The notes beneath the pieces are model-generated. The model did no database searches. It had not been told where the DNA came from and saw only the letters and a list, made by a program, of their open reading frames with translations. DNA of 64,000 nucleotides from Gemmatimonadales bacterium (GTDB lineage: Bacteria > Gemmatimonadota > Gemmatimonadetes > Gemmatimonadales > GWC2-71-9), in assembly GCA_035299765.1 (NCBI GenBank), contig DATGVZ010000083.1, forward strand, positions 2,381 through 66,380. The letters run 5' to 3'. The position numbers and the translations under genes are program-made. This document shows positions 1 through 10,436 of the stretch, in pieces. The stretch's first letter is position 1. Each line of letters opens with the position of its first letter.

Positions 1-84
1 TCCGGAGCCGCTGATCCGGCAACGAGTTATGCGGCTGAATTCGGCGTGTGCTTGGTCCGGTTCGTGCATTGCTGCGAGGGCGTC

Positions 85-1407
85 ATGGATCCCAACGCCG
101 CCCTCTCGGCCGCTCGGATCACCAATCCGCCGCGGCAGCTGGCGCGCTCCACCGACCAGCTTACCGCGCGTGGCGAGCGCAACGCCGTCTGCCGCTCGTG
201 CGGTGCCACCCTCCGTCACACCTTCGTCGACCTCGGCATGTCGCCGCTGTGCGAGAGCTTCCTGCGCGCCGACCAGTTGAACGCGATGGAGCGCTTTTAT
301 CCGCTCCACGTCTGGGTCTGTGACCACTGCTTCCTCGTCCAGCTGCAACAGTACGTCAGCGCCAGGGAGATTTTCGAGGAGTACGCCTACTTCTCCTCCT
401 ACTCGGACAGCTGGCTGGCGCATGCGCGCCGCTACACCGAGCGCATGATCGAGGAGCTCGACCTGACGGCGGGCAGTCGGGTCGTCGAGGTCGCGAGCAA
501 CGATGGGTATCTCCTTCAATACTTCGTCCAGCGCGGGATTCCGGTGTTGGGCATCGAGCCGGCCGCCAACGTCGCGCGCGCCGCCATGCAGCGCAGCGTG
601 CCGACGTTGACCGAGTTCTTTGGCCGAGAGAGCGCGCGCCGGGTCGCCGCTAGGGGTCGAGCCGATCTGCTGATCGGCAACAACGTGCTCGCGCAGGTAC
701 CCGACGTCAACGATTTCGTCGCCGGCATGAAGATCCTGCTCGCCCCGCGCGGCGTCATCACGATCGAATTTCCGCACCTCGTCCGTCTCGTCGCCGAGAA
801 TCAGTTCGATACCATCTACCACGAGCATTTCTCCTATTTCTCGCTGCTCTCGGCCACGCGCATCTTCGCGGCGCAGGAGCTCATGATTTACGACGTCGAG
901 GAGCTGGAAACACACGGCGGCTCCTTGCGGCTCTACGTCTGCCATGCCGGGGATCTCGCGCGCGAACCGACGCGCCGTCTCGAAGCGATGCGCGCCCGCG
1001 AGTCCGACATCGGACTCGACGACCTCGCGTATTATGCCGACTTCGCCGAGCGCGTGCGCGAGACGAAGCGCACGCTGCTCGCGTTCCTGGTCGACGCGAA
1101 GCGAGCGGGCAAGCAGGTCGCGGGCTACGGGGCACCGGGCAAGGGAAACACGCTGCTCAACTACTGCGGTATCCGCACCGACTTCCTCGATTACACGGTG
1201 GACCGCAACCCCTACAAGCACGGCCGGTATCTGCCGGGCACGCATATCCCGATTTACCCGCCGGAACGAATTGCGGAAACGCGCCCGGATTACGTGTTGA
1301 TCCTGCCCTGGAATCTGCGGCGCGAAATCGTCGCGCAGCTCGACTATATCCGTGAATGGGGCGGCCGCTTCGTCGTCCCGATCCCCGATGTGCAGGTGAT
1401 CGCGTGA
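85..1407 (+). CDS. NDP-hexose C-methyltransferase family protein (SAM-dependent, TylCIII-like)
   Basis: Frame of ORF 46..1407, ATG at 85. N-terminal Cys4 zinc ribbon (CRSCG...SPLCESF), class I SAM fold (VVEVASNDGYLL) and a C-terminal C-methyltransferase-type region (GYGAPGKGNTLLNYCGI, DRNPYKHGRYLPGTHIPI). The stop overlaps the next start (GTGA at 1404-1407). Confidence 0.8.
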   Translation: MDPNAALSAARITNPPRQLARSTDQLTARGERNAVCRSCGATLRHTFVDLGMSPLCESFLRADQLNAMERFYPLHVWVCDHCFLVQLQQYVSAREIFEEYAYFSSYSDSWLAHARRYTERMIEELDLTAGSRVVEVASNDGYLLQYFVQRGIPVLGIEPAANVARAAMQRSVPTLTEFFGRESARRVAARGRADLLIGNNVLAQVPDVNDFVAGMKILLAPRGVITIEFPHLVRLVAENQFDTIYHEHFSYFSLLSATRIFAAQELMIYDVEELETHGGSLRLYVCHAGDLAREPTRRLEAMRARESDIGLDDLAYYADFAERVRETKRTLLAFLVDAKRAGKQVAGYGAPGKGNTLLNYCGIRTDFLDYTVDRNPYKHGRYLPGTHIPIYPPERIAETRPDYVLILPWNLRREIVAQLDYIREWGGRFVVPIPDVQVIA

Positions 1408-1943
1408 TTATCCACGCGACGGCGCTTCCGGGCGCGTTCGTCATCGAGCCTGAGCGGCACGAGGACGCGCGCGGCTGGTTCGCGCGCAGCTATTGCCAGC
1501 GCGAGTTCGCCGCACACGGTCTGAAGGTGCCGATCGTCCAGTGCAGCACGTCGTTCAATCGCCGCCGCGGCACGCTGCGCGGGATGCATTACCAGACGGC
1601 GCCACACGCCGAAGCGAAGCTCATCCGCTGCACCCGCGGCGCCATCTGGGACGTCGCGCTCGATCTGCGTCCCGACTCACCGACGGTGTATCGCCATGTC
1701 GGCGTCCAGCTCTCGGCCGAGAACGGGGCCGCGCTCTACATCCCCGAAGGCTGCGCGCACGGCTTTCAGACGCTCGTGGACGACACCGAAGTCCTCTATC
1801 AGATGTCCGAGTTCTATGCACCGGAAGCGGCACGCGGCATTCGCTACGACGATCCGGCGTTCGGGATCGAGTGGCCCGTCGACGCTCCGATCTTGCTCGA
1901 ACGCGACCGGATGTACCCCGATTACCAGCTGGTGCCCGCATGA
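1404..1943 (+). CDS. dTDP-4-dehydrorhamnose 3,5-epimerase family (RmlC-like cupin) sugar epimerase
   Basis: Frame of ORF 1356..1943, GTG at 1404 overlapping the upstream TGA. RmlC-like motifs: FVIEPERHEDARGWFARSY, LRGMHYQ, KLIRCTRGAIWDVALDLR, GCAHGFQTL. Confidence 0.85.
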   Translation: MIIHATALPGAFVIEPERHEDARGWFARSYCQREFAAHGLKVPIVQCSTSFNRRRGTLRGMHYQTAPHAEAKLIRCTRGAIWDVALDLRPDSPTVYRHVGVQLSAENGAALYIPEGCAHGFQTLVDDTEVLYQMSEFYAPEAARGIRYDDPAFGIEWPVDAPILLERDRMYPDYQLVPA

Positions 1944-3313
1944 GCGGCATAGCCGCCGCACCTGTACTCTGGCCCAGCGCTCCGGGCACCGCTTCACGGC
2001 CGGCTGCCGAGATACCGGATCTCGGCCGGGCGATGCACGCACTCATCGCCGACCTCTATCCGATCTGTCGCAGCATCACCGGCGACGGGTTCCGGCAGAC
2101 GCTGCGCCGCCTGCGGAGGATCGTGCCGCTCGATGTGCATGAAGTTCCGACCGGCACACCGGTGCTCGATTGGGCCGTCCCGCGCGAATGGAACATCCGT
2201 GATGCGTACGTCAAGAATTCGCGCGGCGAGCGGGTCATCGACTTCCAAAGCTCCAACCTGCACGTGCTCAACTACAGCATCCCGATCCACCGAACCGTCT
2301 CGCTGGCGGAGCTCCGCGCGCACTGCTTCACACTGCCGGAACATCCGGACTGGATTCCCTATCGCACGTCCTACTACGCGGAGGCGTGGGGCTTCTGCGT
2401 TTCGCAGCGACAGCTCGATGCCCTGCCCGAGGACGAGTACGAGGTGCGGATCGACACGACGCTCAAGCCCGGGCATCTCACCTACGGTGAGCTCGCGATT
2501 ACAGGCGCAGAGGATTCGGCCGGCGAGATCTTGATCTCGTGCCACGCCTGCCATCCGTCGCTGTGCAACGACAACCTCTCCGGTGTCGTGGTCGCGACGT
2601 TCCTCGCTCAGAGTCTGCTCGCGGAAGCGCAGCAAGGAAAGCGGCGCCGTTACACGTACCGGTTCGTGTTCATTCCAGGCACGATCGGCTCGATTACCTG
2701 GCTCGCACGCAACGAACCGGCAGTCAGCCGGATCAAGCACGGTCTCGTGCTCGCGAGTGTCGGCGATGCCGGCCACATCCACTACAAGCAGAGCCGGCGG
2801 GGCGATTCCGAAATCGATCGCGCGGTCGCGCAGGTGCTGCGCGATTCTGGTGACCCCTATGAGGTCATGCCGTTCACGCCCTACGGCTACGACGAGCGCC
2901 AGTACTGCTCGCCCGGCTACGATCTCGCCGTCGGCTGCCTGTCGCGCACGCCGTACGCTCGCTATCCCGAATACCACACGTCGGCCGACAATCTCGACTT
3001 CGTGCGTCCGGAGTCACTCGCGCGTTCGTACGCGACGTGTCGCTCCATCTTCGACGTCCTCGAAGGCAACGCCACCTACCTGAACCTTTCCCCCAAGGGC
3101 GAGCCGCAGCTCGGCCGACGCGGGCTCTACTCGCCCGTGGGGGGACAGTCGACGGAAAAATTCAACGAGATGGCCATGCTGTGGGTGCTGAACCTCTCAG
3201 ATGGCCGCCACAGTCTGCTCGACATCGCCGAGCGTGCCGGGCTGCCGTTCGTCGATATCCGCCATGCGGCTGACCGCGTGGCAGCGCGTGGACTGCTCAA
3301 GGAGGATTTATGA
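1940..3313 (+). CDS. DUF2172/DUF4910 aminopeptidase-like domain protein (M28-like fold, C-terminal winged helix)
   Basis: Frame of ORF 1493..3313. The true start is ATG 1940, in an ATGA overlap with the epimerase stop. The segment LYPICRSITGDGFRQTLRRL...VLDWAVPREWN is typical of this family, which occurs in sugar-modification clusters. The upstream 149 codons of the tracked ORF overlap the epimerase gene and are Arg-rich noise. Confidence 0.65.
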   Translation: MSGIAAAPVLWPSAPGTASRPAAEIPDLGRAMHALIADLYPICRSITGDGFRQTLRRLRRIVPLDVHEVPTGTPVLDWAVPREWNIRDAYVKNSRGERVIDFQSSNLHVLNYSIPIHRTVSLAELRAHCFTLPEHPDWIPYRTSYYAEAWGFCVSQRQLDALPEDEYEVRIDTTLKPGHLTYGELAITGAEDSAGEILISCHACHPSLCNDNLSGVVVATFLAQSLLAEAQQGKRRRYTYRFVFIPGTIGSITWLARNEPAVSRIKHGLVLASVGDAGHIHYKQSRRGDSEIDRAVAQVLRDSGDPYEVMPFTPYGYDERQYCSPGYDLAVGCLSRTPYARYPEYHTSADNLDFVRPESLARSYATCRSIFDVLEGNATYLNLSPKGEPQLGRRGLYSPVGGQSTEKFNEMAMLWVLNLSDGRHSLLDIAERAGLPFVDIRHAADRVAARGLLKEDL

Positions 3314-4236
3314 CCGCGGTGTTCCTCGATCGCACCCTGGACGACGACTCCCGGCGCGAGCGCCTGTATGCCGGAGATCTCTTCGTGTACTCGCCGCTGC
3401 CGAGTGCGCTCCAGCTCGTGGAGTTGGCGCGCACGCTGATCCAGCAGGCGTTCGGCCGGCGGGATCCCGAGCTCGCCCAGCATGTGATGCCGGTCGAGGA
3501 GTACGCCGCGCTGCTCGCGGATCTCAAGCCGAGATTCATTCACCACCCCGACTCCAAGAAATTCATCCAGGGGATCCTGAGTGAGCTGGGGTGCGATCCC
3601 ATGAGGACGTATTTCGACGTCCCCCGCATGCGCACGGCGACCAGCGAGAACTATCTCACGTCGGGGATCGCTTACGCGTTCCACCCGCATCGCGACACCT
3701 GGTACTCGGCGCCCTTCAACCAGATCAACTGGTGGATGCCGATCTATGACATCCAGCCGTCGAACGGCATGGCGTTTCATCCGCGCTACTGGAGCCAGCC
3801 GATCCGCAACGGCTCGCGCGAGTACAACTACGACGAGTGGAACCGCACCAGCCGTGTGGAGGCGGCGAAGCACGTCAAGACCGACACCCGCAAGCAGCCC
3901 AAGCCGGAAGAACCGATCGAGCTGGACCCACAGATCCGGCTCGTTCCGCCCGTCGGCGGACTGATTCTCTTCTCCGGTGCGCAGCTGCACTCGACCGTGC
4001 CGAATGACTCCGGCCGCACGCGCTTCAGCATCGACTTCCGGACCGTCAACTACGATGACGTGTGCGCTCGACGCGGCGCGCCGAACATCGACTCCGAGTG
4101 CACTGGGACGTCAATGCGCGATTACCTGAGCGCCACCGATCTCCAGCACCTGCCGGAAGATCTCTGTCACACCTACGATGACGGCACTCCCCTCGTTGTC
4201 GCGGAACACGCAGCCGAGGCGTCGGTCGCCGGATGA
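3310..4236 (+). CDS. hypothetical protein, possible non-heme Fe(II)/2-oxoglutarate dioxygenase-like (HxD...H)
   Basis: ATG 3310 in an ATGA overlap with the upstream stop, and GGAGG at 3301-3305. It has the HPHRD motif and a later LHST, with PhyH-like spacing. The function is inferred only from that motif pattern. Confidence 0.55.
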   Translation: MTAVFLDRTLDDDSRRERLYAGDLFVYSPLPSALQLVELARTLIQQAFGRRDPELAQHVMPVEEYAALLADLKPRFIHHPDSKKFIQGILSELGCDPMRTYFDVPRMRTATSENYLTSGIAYAFHPHRDTWYSAPFNQINWWMPIYDIQPSNGMAFHPRYWSQPIRNGSREYNYDEWNRTSRVEAAKHVKTDTRKQPKPEEPIELDPQIRLVPPVGGLILFSGAQLHSTVPNDSGRTRFSIDFRTVNYDDVCARRGAPNIDSECTGTSMRDYLSATDLQHLPEDLCHTYDDGTPLVVAEHAAEASVAG

Positions 4237-5273
4237 GAGTCCTCGTCACGGGTCACAACGGCTACATCGGGTCGGTGCTCGCACCCATGGTGCGCGCCGC
4301 CGGCCACGACGTCGTCGGCTGCGACACCTATCTGTTCGAAGAGTGCACCTTCGGCGCGCCAGACCGCGACTTCCCCTCGCTGCGGATGGACGTGCGGGAT
4401 GTCGAGCCGGAGCAGCTGCGCGGTTTCGACGCGGTCATCCATCTCGCCGCCCTGTGCAACGATCCCCTCGGCGACCTGAATCCCGACGCGACCTACGAGA
4501 TCAACCACCGCGCGACGGTGCGCCTGGCGGAGGCGGCCAAGCACGCGGGTGTGCGCCGCTTCCTGTTCGCGTCGTCGTGCAGCCTCTACGGCGTCGCGGG
4601 TGACCAGATGCTGACGGAGGAGTCGCCGTTCAATCCGATTACGCCGTATGGCGAATCGAAGGTGCTCGCAGAGCGCGACCTGCGGCCGTTCGCGAGCGAC
4701 GACTTCAGTCCGACCTACCTGCGCAATGCCACCGCCTACGGCGTGTCGCCGCGCCTGCGGCTCGACATCGTGGTGAACAACCTCGTCGGGTCGGCGTTCA
4801 CATCCGGCGATGTGCTGATCCAAAGCGACGGGACCCCGTGGCGCCCGCTGGTGCACGTCGAGGACATCGCGCGCGCCTTCATCGCGGTCCTGCATGCGCC
4901 GCGCGAGCGGGTCCACAACCACGCGTTCAACGTCGGTCGCAACGAGGACAACCTCCGGGTCCGTGAAATCGCCGCCATGGTCGAAGCGGTCGTTCCAGGG
5001 TGCCGCGTCCGCTACGCGGCCGGTGGCGGTCCCGATCCGCGTTGTTACCGAGTCGACTGCTCGAAGATGGCGCGCGTACTCACGGAATTCCGGCCGCGCT
5101 GGACCGTGCGCGAGGGCGTCGAACAGCTGTACCACGGCTATCGCGACGGGGACCTGACGAGCGCCGATTTCGCAGGCGATCGCTATCTGCGCATCAAACA
5201 CATCCAGCGCCTGGACGCCGAGGGCCGGCTCGACGCGGACCTGCGTTGGCGCGTCCCGGCGGTGACACCATGA
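4233..5273 (+). CDS. NAD-dependent epimerase/dehydratase (extended SDR)
   Basis: N-terminal Rossmann motif [16 protein letters not shown] and catalytic YGESK. ATGA overlaps at both ends (4233-4236, 5270-5273). Confidence 0.85.
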   Translation: MRVLVTGHNGYIGSVLAPMVRAAGHDVVGCDTYLFEECTFGAPDRDFPSLRMDVRDVEPEQLRGFDAVIHLAALCNDPLGDLNPDATYEINHRATVRLAEAAKHAGVRRFLFASSCSLYGVAGDQMLTEESPFNPITPYGESKVLAERDLRPFASDDFSPTYLRNATAYGVSPRLRLDIVVNNLVGSAFTSGDVLIQSDGTPWRPLVHVEDIARAFIAVLHAPRERVHNHAFNVGRNEDNLRVREIAAMVEAVVPGCRVRYAAGGGPDPRCYRVDCSKMARVLTEFRPRWTVREGVEQLYHGYRDGDLTSADFAGDRYLRIKHIQRLDAEGRLDADLRWRVPAVTP

Positions 5274-6097
5274 AGGTCGTGATCTTCTGCGGCGGGCTCG
5301 GCATGCGGATCCGCGACGCGGGCGAAGAAATTCCCAAGCCGATGGTGCCCATCGGGTACCGGCCCATCCTCTGGCACCTGATGAAGTACTACGCCTATTA
5401 CGGCCACAAAGACTTCATCCTGTGCCTCGGCTATCGCGCCGACGTGATCAAGAAATACTTCTTGAGTTACGAGGAGACGATTTCCAACGACTTCGTGTTG
5501 ACCGGCGTCGGCGGCGACCGGCGAGGACGCTCCGTCCAGCTCATGAACACCGACATGTCGGACTGGCGGATCACGTTCGCCGATACGGGCGTCAACTCGA
5601 ACATCGGCCAGCGGCTCAGGGCTGCCGAGCCCTACCTCGAGGGCGACGAGACGTTCCTCGCGAATTACGCGGACGGCCTGACGGACCTGCACCTGCCGAC
5701 GCTGATCGAGCATTTCCAGCGGTGCGGCAAGATCGCCAATCTGGTGACTCCGCGGCCGAACCTCAGCTACCACGCCGTCTCCGTCGACGGGGACGGCCTG
5801 GTCAACGGAATCACGGCGATCGCGAACACCCAGCTGCGCGTCAATGGCGGGTACTTCCTGTTCCATCGCGAGATCTTCGACTACATGCGCGACGGAGAGG
5901 AGCTCGTGCTGGAGCCGTTCCAGCGGCTGATGGCAGCCCAGCAGCTGCTCGCCTACCCCTACGACGGCTTCTTCGCCTGCATGGACACGTTCAAGGACAA
6001 ACAGCAGCTCGAGGAACTGTACGCCCGAGGGAAGGCTCCGTGGGAAGTCTGGGGGGGGCGAGCCAACGGCCGGACGCCCCAGGCCCAGCTGGCGTGA
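5270..6097 (+). CDS. rfbF: glucose-1-phosphate cytidylyltransferase
   Basis: The N-terminus [64 protein letters not shown] closely resembles RfbF. It lies in the frame of ORF 5000..6097, starting at ATG 5270. Confidence 0.85.
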   Translation: MKVVIFCGGLGMRIRDAGEEIPKPMVPIGYRPILWHLMKYYAYYGHKDFILCLGYRADVIKKYFLSYEETISNDFVLTGVGGDRRGRSVQLMNTDMSDWRITFADTGVNSNIGQRLRAAEPYLEGDETFLANYADGLTDLHLPTLIEHFQRCGKIANLVTPRPNLSYHAVSVDGDGLVNGITAIANTQLRVNGGYFLFHREIFDYMRDGEELVLEPFQRLMAAQQLLAYPYDGFFACMDTFKDKQQLEELYARGKAPWEVWGGRANGRTPQAQLA

Positions 6098-6744
6098 TTA
6101 CGCTGCTGCCCGGGAAGCAGGGCAAGCTGCAGGTGCTCTGCCTCGGCGCGCATCCGGACGACATCGAGATTGGGTGTGGCGGGACGCTGCTCTCACTCCT
6201 GGCGTCGCGCAAAGTCGATTGCCGGTGGGTGGTGTTGAGCGGTGCCGGTGGTCCGCGGGAAGCCGAAGCGCGCCGCAGCGCTCGGTTATTCCTGGGCGCT
6301 CGGGCGGAGATCCAGGTCCACGGCTTTCGCGACGGCTACTTTCCCTACGTCGGCGGGCAGGTCAAGGACGCCTTCGAGGCGCTGGCACCCACTGTCTCCC
6401 CCGATGTGATCTTCACGCACACGCGCGAGGACCGCCATCAGGACCATCGTGTAATATCAGACCTCACGTGGAACACATTTCGCGCGCACCTGATCGTCGA
6501 ATATGAAACTCCCAAGTACGATGGCGATCTCGGCACGCCCAACCTGTTCGTGCCACTGACCGAATCCGTGGCGAAGAAGAAGTTCCGGCTGCTCCACGCG
6601 GCGTTTCCGACGCAGCGTCGCAAGCGGTGGTTCACCGCGGACACGTTTCACGGGCTCATGCGCCTGCGCGGTGTAGAGTCAGGCGCCCCGGAGGGACTCG
6701 CCGAGGCCTTCTACGCGCGCAAGGCGGTCGTCACCTGGCGATGA
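6094..6744 (+). CDS. PIG-L/LmbE family deacetylase
   Basis: Frame of ORF 5422..6744, GTG 6094 in a GTGA overlap. Motifs AHPDDIEIGCGGTLL and HTREDRHQDH. Confidence 0.8.
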   Translation: MITLLPGKQGKLQVLCLGAHPDDIEIGCGGTLLSLLASRKVDCRWVVLSGAGGPREAEARRSARLFLGARAEIQVHGFRDGYFPYVGGQVKDAFEALAPTVSPDVIFTHTREDRHQDHRVISDLTWNTFRAHLIVEYETPKYDGDLGTPNLFVPLTESVAKKKFRLLHAAFPTQRRKRWFTADTFHGLMRLRGVESGAPEGLAEAFYARKAVVTWR

Positions 6745-7874
6745 GGTGGGTCCTCGCCACCGTCTCGCTCGGCATCGCGCTACTCGGTGGTGAAGCCGTC
6801 TGCCGGCTGGTGCTGCCGAGACCGGGGTTCGTCGCGGTCAACGGCAACGCGTTCCCGGGCGCGATTGCCCCGCATCCCAGCCGGCTCTTTCAGCTCGCTC
6901 CCAACTATTCGGGCGTCGTGCGACGCGGCACGTTCGGTGACATGCGCTTTGAGACGAACGCCGACGGCCTGCGCGATCGCCCGCTCGGCGAGCTGCAGCG
7001 AGCAACGATTCGTGTCCTCGCCGTCGGCAATTCCTTCACGTTCGGAGTGGGCATTCCGCGGGAAGACACCTGGCCCGTGCACCTCGAGCACACGCTACGG
7101 CAGCGCTGGCCCGCGCCCTCGCTGGTCGTCATCAATGCGGGCGTGCCGGCCTATGGCCTCGCGCAAATCCGGGATCTCACCGAGGAGCTGCTGCCGCGAC
7201 TCGACCCTCAGCTCGTGATTCTCGGCGTCTTTGCCGGCGGCATCGACCGCATGCGCGATCCGTTCACGGCGCTACACGACTTCGTGGTCCGGAAGTCGTT
7301 TGGACCGAACGTGCGCATTGTCAACGGCGGGTTGGTGGCCTCGCGGTTCTCTCGGCCGCGCGCCGCCGCCGTCGACCTCTGGCTCCAGACGCATTTCTAT
7401 CTCGGTGCCTATCTGTTCGAGGCCGCGAACGAGCTGCGTGGCAAGATTCGCGACAGAATTCAGCATCGCCGTGTCGACCGCGGCGGATTGCCGCAGCGCT
7501 CGGATTCGATCGCGTCCCTCAATGCCGGCCTCCAGGAGATCGCGCGGATACGCCGCGATGTCGATCACCGCGGCAGCCGCTTGCTGGTAGTGACGTCCGC
7601 GGGGTTCGACCAGCAGAATCGGATCTATCCGCCGCAGGCGGAGGTGATCAGCGCGGTCAAACATTTCTGCGACTCGGCCGGCATCGCGTTCCTCGATCCG
7701 ACGGCGCAGCTCGAGGCGTCCGGCGCGACGTTGCGCGTGAGTCCGGGCGACTGGCACCTCTCCGCGGCAGCGAATGGCGTGTTCGCCGACTATCTCGCCG
7801 CGTCCCTCATCAGCCAACGCAGTCTGCTCACCGCACCGGCTTCCCAATCTCGTCGCGCAAGCAGGTCGCAATAG
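6741..7874 (+). CDS. SGNH/GDSL-type hydrolase-like protein with N-terminal membrane anchor
   Basis: Frame of ORF 6627..7874, ATG 6741 in an ATGA overlap. It has an N-terminal hydrophobic helix (WVLATVSLGIALLGG) and the block I-like motif AVGNSFTFGVGIPREDTWP. It is a paralogue of the convergent gene 7828..9309. Confidence 0.6.
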   Translation: MRWVLATVSLGIALLGGEAVCRLVLPRPGFVAVNGNAFPGAIAPHPSRLFQLAPNYSGVVRRGTFGDMRFETNADGLRDRPLGELQRATIRVLAVGNSFTFGVGIPREDTWPVHLEHTLRQRWPAPSLVVINAGVPAYGLAQIRDLTEELLPRLDPQLVILGVFAGGIDRMRDPFTALHDFVVRKSFGPNVRIVNGGLVASRFSRPRAAAVDLWLQTHFYLGAYLFEAANELRGKIRDRIQHRRVDRGGLPQRSDSIASLNAGLQEIARIRRDVDHRGSRLLVVTSAGFDQQNRIYPPQAEVISAVKHFCDSAGIAFLDPTAQLEASGATLRVSPGDWHLSAAANGVFADYLAASLISQRSLLTAPASQSRRASRSQ

Positions 7875-9309
7875 CGGCGTTCGTCGCCGCCGAGTAGTGC
7901 AGCGTCACGAAACGGCGCTCCGCCGGCACGCGACGGACGCACGCGGTCATGTCGACGTACGGGATGTGTTGCGCCTCCATGAGCCGTATGGCATCCCCTG
8001 GTCCGGCGTGATGACCTGGCAGGAACTCCGTTAAAGAAGGAAAGAAGACCACCAGCGGCGTGCTCCCGTTCTGCCGCGCCAGCCTGAGAAACTCGCGGAT
8101 CACCGCGCCATTCACGTCGTCCATCGCCTGCTCGGTGATCGTGGGTCTGGGTGCCGGCCAGCGCCGGAACCTGGTCAGCACCAGTCGCGCGGCGTAGGAG
8201 TGGTCGTACAGATGCCACTGCCACTCGGCGGGATCGTAGGAGCCGTCGTGCACAATCGCCGGCAGCTCCGAGATCGATCGCGCGGCGAATATCGAATCGG
8301 GCCGGATGAGCGGCAGATTCGCCGGCTCGAGTCTCGCACCGATGAGGCGCGGTTTGGCAAAGGGCATCTCGAAGCCGGGAAAACAGAGGAAGCCGTACAC
8401 GCACATCGTGCGGCGTAAATCGTCATCGATAATCCCCAGGATCACGAATTGCGGATGCCACGGTGCCACATCTCTGCGGTATCGCAGATACGCCTGATCC
8501 ACACCGTAACCATCGACGCCAAAGTTGAGGACGTGATACGGTGCGCCGAGGAGGTGCTCCAATTGAGCGCCCCAGGTCCCTTCGTACGGAACCTCGAGCC
8601 CGAACGTGAAGGAATCGCCGACCAATGCGACGCGATGCTGCGTCGGTGTCGGGGCGAATGACATCCCCACCCGCGGGCTGCGAATCCCCTCCGCGCTGCT
8701 CAAGTAGATGTCTGCATCGTCTGAGAGTGCGGGTGCGGAGGAGTCGCGATACAGCCGCGCCACCACCTGCCTCGCCAGGGCACGGTTGTAGTCTCGGCTG
8801 CGGCGGTTCGGGCCGATCGTCCAACCGAGCGCTGAATCCGCGACGAGATAGGTTTCGCGCGATCTCGCCCCCTTCAGTGTAGCCCGATGGTTCGCGGCCA
8901 CGAGCCGCCAACTGCGCGGCAAGAGCAGCGTGCTGCCGAACGTCGTGCCGGCGGGCGTGCGTTTGGAGAGCAGGCGCAGCGCGATTTCCGCGGTTGTAAA
9001 TGCGACGACGAGCGACAGCAGATTGAGGAACACTGGAGCGGCCACGAGTCGGCCGCGCGGCGGCGGAATGATGCGGACAGCTCCAACGAGGAGCGGAAGC
9101 GAAACAGCCATCATCGCGAGGGCAGCGAGAAACACGGTTCCGGCAGAATGATGCAGGAAGTCGCCGAGGGGCCGTCCGTTCTTCTTATACAGCGCGAGCG
9201 CGGCCAGAACTGCGGCAAGCTCCAACAGGTAGAGTGACGCAACCAAGACGGCGCTCGTCCAGCGCTTCAAGCGAGCAGGGCCTGGTAGGCTTGATGGGCG
9301 CGATCCCAC
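7828..9309 (-). CDS. membrane protein with SGNH/GDSL-type hydrolase-like domain
   Basis: Several N-terminal TM helices followed by VALVGDSFTFGLEVPYEGTWGAQLEHLL. It is the last gene of the wzm-wzt operon. Its 3-prime end overlaps the convergent gene by 47 nt. Confidence 0.6.
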   Translation of the reverse strand: MGSRPSSLPGPARLKRWTSAVLVASLYLLELAAVLAALALYKKNGRPLGDFLHHSAGTVFLAALAMMAVSLPLLVGAVRIIPPPRGRLVAAPVFLNLLSLVVAFTTAEIALRLLSKRTPAGTTFGSTLLLPRSWRLVAANHRATLKGARSRETYLVADSALGWTIGPNRRSRDYNRALARQVVARLYRDSSAPALSDDADIYLSSAEGIRSPRVGMSFAPTPTQHRVALVGDSFTFGLEVPYEGTWGAQLEHLLGAPYHVLNFGVDGYGVDQAYLRYRRDVAPWHPQFVILGIIDDDLRRTMCVYGFLCFPGFEMPFAKPRLIGARLEPANLPLIRPDSIFAARSISELPAIVHDGSYDPAEWQWHLYDHSYAARLVLTRFRRWPAPRPTITEQAMDDVNGAVIREFLRLARQNGSTPLVVFFPSLTEFLPGHHAGPGDAIRLMEAQHIPYVDMTACVRRVPAERRFVTLHYSAATNAAIATCLRDEIGKPVR

Positions 9310-10436
9310 GAGAATCCGGTCGCCACACGGCGGTGGAGCCGCTCACCGAGCCCTCGTGCCCACGCGTCGTCGCCCAGTACGCGCTCGAGCGCGCCGGCAA
9401 GCGCCTCCGGATTGCCCGGCTCGACGAGGACCCCGGACTCTCCGTCCACGACGATCTCCGGAATGCCCCCGACTCGGCTGGCGACGACCGGCACCCGATA
9501 TGCGGCCGCTTCGAGTACGACGATGCCGAACGCCTCGGCGCGTGACGGCAACGCAAACACCTTGGCGCGCTCGAGAAACAGCCCCACCTGCGAGTGCGGA
9601 ACGTCGTTGTAGAAAAGCACATCGCCGTCGATCCCGAGCTCGACGGCGAGGACGCGCAAACGTTTCTCTTCAGGCCCCGACCGCCCCACGAGCACCAACC
9701 TCAGACGGGGATGCGTGCGTCGCACGCGCGCGAAGGCCCGCAGCAGCACATCCAATCCTTTTTGTCGCTCGAACGTCGCGATGCTCAGGATGAAGTCGCG
9801 CTCCAGTACCGCGGGCGGTGGACTGGCCGAATGATCGACTTCGCGCATCAGCGTCCCGATGTCGACCCCGTTGTGAATCGCATGCACCCGCGCCGGGATC
9901 GTTCCCGCGAACGTGCTCACCTTGGCTGCGAGAGCGTGTGAGCAGGCCACGACCGCGCTGGCGTGACGCAGTACGAAACGCCATAGCCACCGCTCGAGCC
10001 GGCCTGCCGCGAATAGCTCTTGCAGATCGGAGCCATGGAACGAGAGGATCAGCGCGCCGCGGAACAGGCCGGCACCTCGCAGCAAGGCGATCGGAAATGC
10101 GTCGAGTGAAGGGTAGTGAAAATTGAACGCGACGACGCGACGCCTCCTGGAAAACCACAACAGCGTGACGAGGACCACTGGTGCCGTCAGGACCCACTTG
10201 ACCAGGCGTGTAAGCGGCCGCGCCGCTGACCAGGGCGAGATCAGCCGCAAGTAAACGGTCCGTCTGCCGTCAACGGCACGTTGGACCGGACGGAAGGCTG
10301 ACCGCTCGCTCAGCATGATCAGCGGCGTCATCTGGCCCGCCCGCTCGATCGCGCGGTAGAGATTGAGGACAACCTCGTTGACGCCGCCGCCATAATCGGG
10401 CGACCACGGCGCAACGATGACATAGCTCGGCTTCAT
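9267..10436 (-). CDS. glycosyltransferase family 4 (GT-B, GT1 superfamily)
   Basis: The real start is ATG at 10436 (MKPSYVIVAPWSPDYGGG), inside tracked ORF 9267..11381. C-terminal EX7E region: FALPSRAEAFGIVVLEAAAYRVPVVASRVGGIPEIVVDGESG. Confidence 0.8.
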   Translation of the reverse strand: MKPSYVIVAPWSPDYGGGVNEVVLNLYRAIERAGQMTPLIMLSERSAFRPVQRAVDGRRTVYLRLISPWSAARPLTRLVKWVLTAPVVLVTLLWFSRRRRVVAFNFHYPSLDAFPIALLRGAGLFRGALILSFHGSDLQELFAAGRLERWLWRFVLRHASAVVACSHALAAKVSTFAGTIPARVHAIHNGVDIGTLMREVDHSASPPPAVLERDFILSIATFERQKGLDVLLRAFARVRRTHPRLRLVLVGRSGPEEKRLRVLAVELGIDGDVLFYNDVPHSQVGLFLERAKVFALPSRAEAFGIVVLEAAAYRVPVVASRVGGIPEIVVDGESGVLVEPGNPEALAGALERVLGDDAWARGLGERLHRRVATGFSWDRAHQAYQALLA

